A DNA stretch of 64,000 nucleotides, taken from NCBI GenBank assembly GCA_963792205.1, contig CAWBVI010000004.1:629634-693633 (forward strand). The letters run 5' to 3'. The notes under the pieces were generated by a model. It did no database searches. It saw nothing but the letters and a program-made list of their open reading frames with translations, and had not been told where the DNA came from. The stretch is from an uncultured Microthrixaceae bacterium. Its GTDB lineage: Bacteria; Actinomycetota; Acidimicrobiia; Acidimicrobiales; DATDAH01. Shown here piece after piece: positions 55,947-64,000 of the stretch (within the stretch, counting starts at the first letter, position 1; each line of letters starts with the position of its first letter). The translations under genes were made by a program, and so were the position numbers.

Positions 55947-57373
55947 TCAGAACTCGTGCTTCAGGGCGGAGTGGGCGGCGTGCCAGCCGCACATGCCGTG
56001 GACGCCACCACCGGGCGGGGTCGACGACGAGCACAGGTAGACGCCCTTGGCCGGCGTGCGCCAGGGGTCGAGGCCGAGGGTCGGGCGGCGCACGAACTGC
56101 CGGAAGTCGGCCGCGCCGCTGTTGATGTCCCCGCCGACGAAGTTGGGGTTGCGGGCCTCGACGTCCGCCGGCGACATCACGTGCCGGGCGAGCACCCGGT
56201 CGCGGAAGCCGGGGGCGAAGCGTTCGATCTGGGCCTCGATGCGCTCGGTCATGTCGACGGTCGAGCCGTTGGGGACGTGGCAGTACGCCCACAGGGCGTG
56301 GGTCCCCTCGGGCGCGCGGGTGGGGTCGAAGGAGCTGGCCTGGACGAGGAGCACGAACGGCCGCTCCGGGTGGCGGCCGGCGGCCACGTCGCCCTCGCCC
56401 AGGATCATCTCGTCGAGCGTGCCGGCCACGTGCACCGTGCCCGCTCGGGCGACGTCCGGATTGGTCCAGGGCACCGGTCCGTCGAGCGCCCAGTCGACCT
56501 TGAACACCCCGGCGCCGTAGCGCAGCCCCTGCAGCGCCCGCCGGTAGCGAGCCGGGAACCGGTCGCCGACGATGCGCGCCGCGCTGCGGGCGGACACGTC
56601 GAGCAGAACCGCCCGGGCGGGCGGCACGTCATCGAGCGAACGCACGGGTGAGCCGGTCACGACCTCGCCACCGGCAGCCTCGATCCGGGCCACCAGGGCG
56701 TCGGCCACCCGTTGTGAGCCTCCCTTGGCCACCGGGTACCCGACCAGGTGCGCCGTGACGCCCAGCATCAGGCCGTAGCCGGCGGTGATGGGCGCCTCGA
56801 GGGACAGGATCGAGTGGGCCGCCAGCCCGCCGAACAGGGCCCGGCCCTCCTCGGTGGCGAAGCGGCGCTTCCCGAGGCCGGCCGCGGAGCGGATACCGAC
56901 GACGCCGTAGCGGGCCAGCGCCAGCGGGTGGCGGGGCGGCAGGGTGAAGGGTGACAGCAGGCCGTCGACCAGGTCGTACCCCGACTCGACGAGGGGGCCC
57001 ATCAGCCTTCGGTAGGCCGCGGCGTCCCCGTCGAGGCCCACCGCGGTGTCCTCGACGGAGCGGTGGAGCAGGGCGGCCCGGCCGCCATCGAGGGGCTGGG
57101 CCAGCGGGAGCTCGGGTTGGACCCACTCGAGGCCGTGCTCGTCAAGGGGGAGATCCCGCAGGGCCGGCGATGCCAGGCCGAGCGACCAGACCGTCGCGCA
57201 TGGATCGTGGACCACCCCGGGCAGGGTCAGCTCGGCCGAGCGCGCCCCCCGCCGACGGTGTCGGCCGCCTCGAGCACGAGGACCTGCAGGCCGGCCTCGG
57301 CGAGCAGGCCGGCGGCGACCAGGCCGTTGGGGCCCGAGCCGACGACGACGGCGTCGGGTTCCGCGTTGCCCAC
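55947..57373 (-). pseudogene. FAD-dependent oxidoreductase of the phytoene-desaturase (CrtI)-like family with one -1 frame change
   Basis: The N-terminal dinucleotide fold [43 protein letters not shown] (track ORF 57227..57529 frame) joins [20 protein letters not shown]... (track ORF 55947..57215). The junction is in the C6 run 57245-57250. The start lies 4 nt after the kinase stop. Confidence 0.75.
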
Positions 57374-57377
57374 AGGG

Positions 57378-59534
57378 TCAGGATGCCGTGACCTCGGCCG
57401 GGTCCTGCGCCTCGACCGGCGCCTCCTCAGCCGGAGGCTCGTCCACCGGGACCTTGCCCCGGACCTTCGCCCCGGCGCCGGGCGCGCTGTCGACCTCGAG
57501 GACCCCGCCGATGGCGCCCAAGCGGTCACGCATGTTCACGAAGCCGTGACCCATCGCCGCGGCCGCGGGGTCGAAGCCGGGGCCGTCGTCGGCCACCTCG
57601 AAGCGCAGGAACCCGTCCCTTTCGTCGACCGAGACGGTCAGCTGGGCGTCCTCTCCGGCGTGCTTGCCCGCGTTCTGCATGGCCTCCAGGCAGCAGAAGT
57701 AGATGGCCGCCTCCGTCTCGGTCGGGTGGCGCTGCACCGACTCGGTCACGACCAGCTCGACCGGGAGGGTGCTGCGGTTGGCGGCGGCCTTCAGGGCCGC
57801 CTCGAGGCCCCGGTCCCGCAGCAGGGGCGGGTAGATCCCATGGGCCAGCTCGCGCAGCTCGTCCAGGGTGTCCTGCACGTCGCCACGGAGCTGGTCGAGC
57901 ATCTCGTCGGCCGTCGCCCGATCGGCGTCGATGAGCTGCTTCACCAGCCCGACCTTGACCGCCAGGGCGACGAGGTGCTGCTGGGCGCCGTCGTGGAGGT
58001 TGCGCTCGATCTGCCGACGGGACTCGTCGGCCGCGGTCACGATGCGGAGCCGGGACGCCTGCAGCTCCTGGTTGCGGACCTCCAGCTCCTCGAGCGAGGC
58101 CTGGAGGGCGGAGTCCAGCCGCACGTTGTGCAGGGCCAGGCCCACCTGGCGGGCGAGCTCGGCCAGCACGCGATCGTCCTCGTCGGTGAACGGCGGGTCG
58201 TCGGCCGGACGCTCGACCACGATCAGGCCCAGGAGCTCGCCCAGGTGGGCGACCATCGCGGCGCGCACCTGCACGTCACCCCGCCCCTCGAGCAGCCCAG
58301 GGACCCAGACCTGGAGCCAAGCGTTGCCCTGCACGTGGGCCCGGGTGGCCACCCCGAGCTCCTCGCCGGCCAGCACCAGCCGCCCGGCGCCCCGGTCGGG
58401 CACGGACACGGCCCGGTCGAGCTGCCCGGCCGCGCCGGTCCACACCTCCGACGCCTTCAGCGTGAGGCTCTTCTTGAGCGACTCGGCCAGCTGGAGGAGC
58501 AGCTCGTCCATGGGGACGGCGCGGGACATCCGGCCGGCAAAGGTCTTGACCGCGTCGTCCGGCCGCTGCCGCTCGCCGTACACCCGCTGGTTGGCCACCT
58601 CCTCGAGGCGGTGCCGGGCCGGGAAGGCCAGGACCGCGCACACCCCCGCGGCCAGCATCGAGAGGACCAGGACCGAGCGCTCCTCGGCCTCGGGGGATCG
58701 GCCGAGGCCGACGACGACGAAGAGGTACACCGCCTCCACCAGGGCGAGCAGCCCGACGATGACGACCGTCCGCACCAGGACGCGGTCGATCACCGTCAGC
58801 AGCCTCGGGACGGTGGAGGCGGCGATGCCGGCGGGCACGAGGATCGTCGCGCCGAGCGCGACCACGCCCGGCCGGGGCGGCCAGTCCAACAGGGCGTCGA
58901 GGAGGACGACCAGGCCACCGATGGCGGCGGCCACGACCAGCCCCCAACCAAACCACTGCAGGCGGGCCCGATCGGCCACGGTCGCCTTCCGGCAGCGGGC
59001 CAGGTAGCCGATGAGGCCGACCGTGGCGGCCACGACCGCGGCGGCCACGAACGGGCCGGCCGGCAGCCCGCCCGACTCGGGGCCGACCGCGAGCCCGAGG
59101 GCGACGCCGCCGAGGTAGCCCAGGGCGACCGCGACGCGGCCAGCCGTCGACGGCAGCGCCCCGTCCGGCACCGCGAGGGCCAGGTGCAGGCCGACCGCGG
59201 GGAGCAGGGCGGTCAGCACCGAGCGGGCCAGCTCGAGCCCCTCGTCGCCACCCAGGACCCGGGCCGCGGCGTACAGCGCGGCACCGAAGACCAGGGCCAC
59301 GAAGCCGACGAGGAGGGCCAGCGGCCGGCCCGGCAGCCTCCGAGCGGCCACGACTGCCGCGGCGGCCCAAGCACCGGCCACGACGGCGGCCACGACCCAG
59401 GCCGCTCCGCCGTGGTCGACCGCGCCCACGACGGCGAGGAGCAGCCCGGCCGCGGCGAGCAGCAGCGCCGGCAGCCTCGTGTTGCGACCGGAACCGGCCA
59501 CCGGGGGGCTCGGCGGTGCGTTCGTGGTGGGCAT
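57378..59534 (-). CDS. sensor histidine kinase (polytopic N-terminus, GAF-like region, HisKA_3, HATPase_c)
   Basis: 718 aa with about 8 TM helices. HisKA_3 H-box [19 protein letters not shown]. ATPase N/G boxes: [31 protein letters not shown]. Confidence 0.9.
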   Translation of the reverse strand: MPTTNAPPSPPVAGSGRNTRLPALLLAAAGLLLAVVGAVDHGGAAWVVAAVVAGAWAAAAVVAARRLPGRPLALLVGFVALVFGAALYAAARVLGGDEGLELARSVLTALLPAVGLHLALAVPDGALPSTAGRVAVALGYLGGVALGLAVGPESGGLPAGPFVAAAVVAATVGLIGYLARCRKATVADRARLQWFGWGLVVAAAIGGLVVLLDALLDWPPRPGVVALGATILVPAGIAASTVPRLLTVIDRVLVRTVVIVGLLALVEAVYLFVVVGLGRSPEAEERSVLVLSMLAAGVCAVLAFPARHRLEEVANQRVYGERQRPDDAVKTFAGRMSRAVPMDELLLQLAESLKKSLTLKASEVWTGAAGQLDRAVSVPDRGAGRLVLAGEELGVATRAHVQGNAWLQVWVPGLLEGRGDVQVRAAMVAHLGELLGLIVVERPADDPPFTDEDDRVLAELARQVGLALHNVRLDSALQASLEELEVRNQELQASRLRIVTAADESRRQIERNLHDGAQQHLVALAVKVGLVKQLIDADRATADEMLDQLRGDVQDTLDELRELAHGIYPPLLRDRGLEAALKAAANRSTLPVELVVTESVQRHPTETEAAIYFCCLEAMQNAGKHAGEDAQLTVSVDERDGFLRFEVADDGPGFDPAAAAMGHGFVNMRDRLGAIGGVLEVDSAPGAGAKVRGKVPVDEPPAEEAPVEAQDPAEVTAS

Positions 59535-59546
59535 CGTTCTCTCCGT

Positions 59547-61976
59547 CTACTCGGTCCTGAGGATGGATGCGGGATGGGCGGCGGCGGCGCGCAGTCCGGG
59601 GACGAGGCCGGCCAGCAGGGACAGGGCCACCACCGCCACGGCCAGGCCGCCGAGGGCCAGGGCGGGGGTGACCAGGGCGACGACGGCGCCGAGCGCGGTG
59701 GCCAGCACGCTCCAGGCCAGCCGGCCGATCACCGCGCCGAGGGGGAGGCCAACGAGGAGCCCCACCCCGGCGATCACCAGTGCCTGCACGGCCACGGTGC
59801 CGAGGACCTGCGACCGGGTGAAGCCCATCGTGCGCAGCACCGCGAGCTCACCCCGGCGGGACCGGACGGCGGCCGCCAGACGCATGGATCACCGTCAGCG
59901 CGATCAGCGCGGCGAGGAGGCCGGTGAGCACCAGCGGCGTGGTCCGGACCCGTTCGAGGCTCTGGATGTCCGAGGGGGTGGACGCCGGGAAGCCGGACAC
60001 GAACAGCGGCGGGGGGACCTCGATGGCGTCGGCCACCGCCGCGGGGTCGCCCGTCCCCTCCACCTGCACGACGACGCCGTACGGCGTGAACTCGGGGCCC
60101 CAGCGACGGAGGACGGCATGAGAGGCCAGGACACCCTCGCCCAGCGTGGTCTTGTCGGCCCCCGAGTACGCCGCGAGCGCGGGAAGGACCGCCGTCCCGA
60201 CCACGGTCACCTCGGTGGTGCGGTTCCCTCGTTCGAGGGTCACCCGGTCGCCGACGTCGACGCCGAGATCCTCCATGGTGCGCGCCCCGAGTGCCACCTC
60301 CATCCGTCCCTCGGGTGGTCGCCCGTCGAGGATGGTCGGCACGACCGGATCGGGTGACGGGTCGATCGACAGCGCGGGCACCGACTGGCCGTCGACGGTG
60401 AGCTGACCCGGGTAGACCAACCCGTACGCCGAGATGTCGTCGCGCGCCCCAGCGCGTCGAGCACGGGCTCGTAGTCCTCTGGTCCGGGATCCTCATCACT
60501 CTCGAGATCGATCACCGCGTTCCAGGGGGTGCCGTACAGGTCCGGGTGGTCCACGAGGTGGTTGAGGCTCGACGAGAAGACCACGGTGGCGGCGACGAGG
60601 GCCACGCTCGTCACCGCGCCGGCGAGCGTGGACCAGGCGGGTACGCCGACGGGCCCTCGATCGAGCGCGAAGCGGATGCCGCTGACGGTCGCGGGCGCCA
60701 GGCCGAGCTCTGCCGCCCGTGACCCGACGCCGCCGCCCCGGGCCTCACGACGCGGGCGACGAGCGGAGGCCACCGCCGGCCAGATCGCCAGGAGCGAACC
60801 GACCAAGAAGACCGTCGCCGCGCCGAGGAGGAGCGCCGTCGGGTCCACCTGCAAGCCAGGATCCGGTTCGGCTGCTCTCGCCACGCCGACGGGGCCGACC
60901 GGCGACGCCACGACGGCGATGACCGCGGCCAGCACACTCCCGACCAGCGCAGCCATCGCCACGCGCGTGATGCTCAGGCCGGCCCGCTGACGGCTCGTCA
61001 CGCCGAGCGCACCGAGAGGGCGGAGCGCCACGGCGTCCTGCTGGAGGCGCCGGGAGATCGCCTGGCCGACGACCACCAGGCCGACGCCGGCCGCCACGAC
61101 CGAGAAGATGACCAGCGCCGCGACCTGAGGCCGGACGGCGCGATCGAACTGCTCCTGCACCACGGTGCGCGACTGGAACGCGATCGGCTCCTCCGGCACG
61201 AGGGCTTCCACTGCGTTGCGGAAGCGGCCGAGGTCGTCGGGGTCCTGCAGGCGGACGACGGCACCCCAGTACCCCGCGGTCGGTTGGTCGTAGGTCTCGT
61301 AGAAGGCCGGGGTGACCAGCATGGTGCCGCCGCCGAAACCTTCGTCGACGACGATCTCGTCGAAGAAGGTCCCGATGCCGACCACCTCGAGATCGACGAG
61401 GCGACCGGTGGACGGATCGTTGAAGAGCGCCAGCGCCTCGTCGAGGTCTTCCACGGCCTCCATCGCGCCGAAGTCCTCGAAGGTGAGCAGGCGGGTGGGG
61501 TAGGGGTCGCCGACCTCGAGATCGAGCTCCTGGGCCGCCGCCGTGCTGACGAACAGCTCGTCGGGTGCCTCGGGGTCGGGCATCCGACCCGCCGACACGA
61601 GCGGTCGGGCGAAGTCGTACCCGATGTGACCGTCACTGGCCAGCGTCGTCGGGCCGGTGTCGAGCTCCTCGAAGGAGTCGATCTGGCGAGGCAGCAACGA
61701 CACACCCTCGAGGCGGCCGAAGTCCCGCACCATGGGGAGGGCGGCGACGTCCTCGCCCTGCAGCTCGCTGTCGATCCCGAAGTCGGGGTTGACCAGCACG
61801 TCCCACCCCTCGGTGTCCTCGACCAACCGGTCGAAGGCGCTGTCGGTGCGCAGGGCAGCGCCGAACCCGGCGAGGACGGCCCCACCCGCGAGGCCGATGA
61901 GCACGGCCAGGCCGATGAAGCCCCGGAACCCGACCCGGCGGGTGACGCGTAGGAGGGCGACGAGCATCCCCATCAC
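59547..61976 (-). pseudogene. FtsX/MacB-type ABC permease (two FtsX modules, large extracytoplasmic domains) with two frame changes
   Basis: Three track ORFs (60240..61976, 59848..60420, 59547..59885) are collinear with the downstream paralog. The junctions are near 60445-60452 (G/C run) and 59880-59890. The C-terminal FtsX motif is ELAVLRTMGFTRSQV. Confidence 0.75.
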
Positions 61977-62007
61977 TCCGCCCGGAGAAGTCGCAGGACG
62001 CCGCGGC

Positions 62008-64000
62008 TCATTCGACCCTCAACATCTCGACCGGACGCCGACGGGCCGCCCGCCACGCCGGGCCGGCAGCAAGCAGGAGACCGACTCCCACCGCGACGGC
62101 CACCACCAGAGCGACGGTCGCCATGGGCACGGACGAGGTCACCACGATCCCGAGATCGTCGACCGCCGCTGACCAGGCGAGGCGGCCGACGACGATCCCC
62201 AGCGGGACGCCGATGACGGCGGCCACGCCGACGATGGCCAGGACGAAGACCACGACGGCCCAGACCACCTGCCGGCGCACGAACCCGAGCGACCGGAGCG
62301 TGGCGAACTGGGTCCGGTGGCGCCGGGTCGAGGTGGTCAGGGCGTGGAGCAGGCCGGCCAGCCCGAGCAGGGTGAAGAACCCCGCCAGCGCCACGAAGAG
62401 GCCGCGGATGTCATCGAGGTGGACCAAGCGGCCCGGAGGGTTGGGCCGCGCGTAGCCGGGGAAGGACAGGCCGATCTCCGGAGCCTCCAGGCGGGCCTCG
62501 AGGGCGGCGACGTCGGCGTCGGGGGCATAGGTGAGCAGGAGGTTCTTCTCCTCGTCGACCGGGAGGTCGGCGATGACGTCCGGTGTCACCAGGGCTGCGC
62601 TCCCGCCGGCGCTGTCGAACTGCGGCAGGACGACCCGCCCCACCACCTCGAGCTCGACCCCGGTCGGCTCGGTCGCCAAGGTGACGGTGTCACCGATGTC
62701 GGCCTCTGTGAGCCCGCCGGCGCCGAGCGCGATCTCCGACCCACTCGCGGGAGCCCGACCCTCGACCACCGGGAAGGCCATCGTCCCCTTCATCACCTCG
62801 AGGGCGTGTCCCTGGAGGGCCTCGCCGTCGACATCCAGGTCGGCCTGGTCGAGGACGGCGATGGCGGTCACATCCTCCTCCTCGGCGATCGCGGCGATGG
62901 TGGCCGGTGGGTCGTCGCTGTCGAGATCCGGTTTGGCCGACCACACCCAGCCGTACCGACTCGGTTCGTCGATCGTGGTGGACAGTGAGGTGGCCATGAC
63001 GGCGACGGCGCAGACGCCGGCCACGGCCACGGCCGTGCCCACCATCGCGGTGCGGACGCCGAGGCGGCCCCGACCGGGATCGTCGACCAACTGGACGCCC
63101 ACGACGATCGGCGGGTTCGCCCCGGCCCGGGCGGTCAGGGCACCGAGACGGGAGTTCCGCGCCGGGGTCTCGACCCGATGGGCCTGGCGCCGGGCGACGA
63201 GGAAGCCGACGCCGCCGACCAGCACCACGAGGACGAGGGCGCCGGCCAGCAGGAGCAGGGGGTCGACGCGCAGGCCAGGATCGGGCTCAGCCCGTCGGGC
63301 CACACCCAGGGGGAAGAGTGGCGAGAGGGCGACGGCGCCGATGACGCCGAGGACCGTGCCCGAGACCGCGGCCCCGACGAGCGGCAGGGAGGTGGCCACC
63401 GCGCGCTCGGTCCGGGAGAGACCGACTGCCGCGAGCGTCTCGTCCTCGCCGCCCGCAGCGCCGACCTGGCGGGCGACGGCCTGGATCAGCACCAGGAGGC
63501 CGGCGGCGCCCGCGACGAGGGCGAAGACGCCGAGGGCGATGACCACGACGTCGACCGCGGCGGTGACCCCGTCGACGAACTCGGCTTCGATCGCGCCCGC
63601 GCCGAGCTCTCCCGCCGTGGGCGCCGCCCGGCGCGCGGCGGCAGTCATCGCCTGATCCGTGGGGCCGCTCCCGTCGTCGTAGCGGGCACTGGCGAAGACT
63701 CCGACGGCACAGGCCTCGCCCTCGTGCTCGGCGACGAACGCCGGCGTGGCGATCGCCACCGGGCCCGAGTCCAGCTCACTGCCCTGCATCTCCTCGATGA
63801 CCCGGACCTCGCCGACGACTTCGAGGTCGAGGGCCGGCCCGTTGAAGCCGAGGAAGTCGTCGGCCTCCAGTGCGGCACAGTCCTCGTCGCTGAAGGTGTT
63901 GACCTGCAGTCGATCACCGGTGTGAAGGTCCAGGTGGTCGACGGCCAGCTCGCTGAGGACGACCTCGTCGGCGGCGCGGGGATCAGGGAGCCGGCCGTCG
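62008..64000 (-). CDS. FtsX/MacB-type ABC permease paralog (5' end outside the window)
   Basis: The reading frame stays open from 62008 to the window edge. The reverse translation continues ...VLSELAVDHLDLHTGDRLQVNTF... upstream of the track's first Met. The C-terminal FtsX motif is QFATLRSLGFVRRQV. Confidence 0.8.
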   Translation of the reverse strand, partial: DGRLPDPRAADEVVLSELAVDHLDLHTGDRLQVNTFSDEDCAALEADDFLGFNGPALDLEVVGEVRVIEEMQGSELDSGPVAIATPAFVAEHEGEACAVGVFASARYDDGSGPTDQAMTAAARRAAPTAGELGAGAIEAEFVDGVTAAVDVVVIALGVFALVAGAAGLLVLIQAVARQVGAAGGEDETLAAVGLSRTERAVATSLPLVGAAVSGTVLGVIGAVALSPLFPLGVARRAEPDPGLRVDPLLLLAGALVLVVLVGGVGFLVARRQAHRVETPARNSRLGALTARAGANPPIVVGVQLVDDPGRGRLGVRTAMVGTAVAVAGVCAVAVMATSLSTTIDEPSRYGWVWSAKPDLDSDDPPATIAAIAEEEDVTAIAVLDQADLDVDGEALQGHALEVMKGTMAFPVVEGRAPASGSEIALGAGGLTEADIGDTVTLATEPTGVELEVVGRVVLPQFDSAGGSAALVTPDVIADLPVDEEKNLLLTYAPDADVAALEARLEAPEIGLSFPGYARPNPPGRLVHLDDIRGLFVALAGFFTLLGLAGLLHALTTSTRRHRTQFATLRSLGFVRRQVVWAVVVFVLAIVGVAAVIGVPLGIVVGRLAWSAAVDDLGIVVTSSVPMATVALVVAVAVGVGLLLAAGPAWRAARRRPVEMLRVE

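Noticed and set aside
1-64000. Prophage, integrative element or classical defence island (restriction-modification, toxin-antitoxin, CRISPR-Cas, retron, etc.).
   Set aside because: I recognised no integrase, transposase, phage structural gene, methyltransferase, toxin-antitoxin pair or tRNA attachment site. The only nuclease-like gene is the DUF222-HNH ORF, which is frameshifted.

Overview
A 64-kb, very GC-rich, densely coding chromosomal segment. It looks actinobacterial, inferred from an Rpf-type transglycosylase, an F420/LLM oxidoreductase, a WS/DGAT, a DUF222-HNH '13E12-like' gene and leaderless-looking GTG starts. I support about 49 protein genes. I found no rRNA, tRNA, CRISPR array, transposase or integrase. 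**Left half (1-30 kb):** a lipid/isoprenoid-type catabolic neighbourhood. It holds 2 aldehyde dehydrogenases, an acyl-CoA synthetase, an LLM oxidoreductase, SDRs, an enoyl-CoA hydratase, an SCP-x-type thiolase, a co-oriented carotenoid-cleavage oxygenase and epoxide hydrolase, a family III CoA-transferase and an OYE/dienoyl-CoA-reductase-type flavoenzyme. These surround a Liv-type ABC importer with fused permease, fused ATPase and three tandem paralogous lipoprotein binding proteins. **Middle (30-47 kb):** lipid genes (epimerase, esterase, WS/DGAT, amidohydrolase, cupin). There is also a tightly packed 5-gene operon of unclear function: a cytoplasmic BNR/Asp-box propeller, a translationally coupled MoaD/ThiS-like protein ending in GG, two membrane LTA-synthase/sulfatase-like paralogs and a secreted protein. 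**Right part (47-64 kb):** a large secreted beta-propeller protein, a lipoprotein plus DMT transporter cassette, two response regulators, a Tat-lipoprotein amidohydrolase, a DUF222-HNH gene, a CrtI-like flavoprotein, a HisKA_3 kinase and two FtsX/MacB-type permeases. **Structure not explained by genes:** (i) an ~83-bp structured repeat (family B, 4 copies, nested inverted arrangement; two copies abut leaderless-type promoters). (ii) A ~53-bp palindromic repeat (family A, 3 copies, always between convergent genes). (iii) A recurring CTGAC-N5-GTCAG palindrome at three intergenic sites. (iv) A structured, SD-sequestering leader upstream of the rpf-like gene. **Frameshifts:** about 20 single-base frame disruptions are unevenly spread over about 11 otherwise well-conserved genes, with 6-8 of them in one acyl-CoA synthetase. 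From the sequence alone I cannot tell assembly indel errors from real pseudogenisation. All product calls come from motif recognition by eye; no database search was run. Start codons are best guesses, usually within a few codons.
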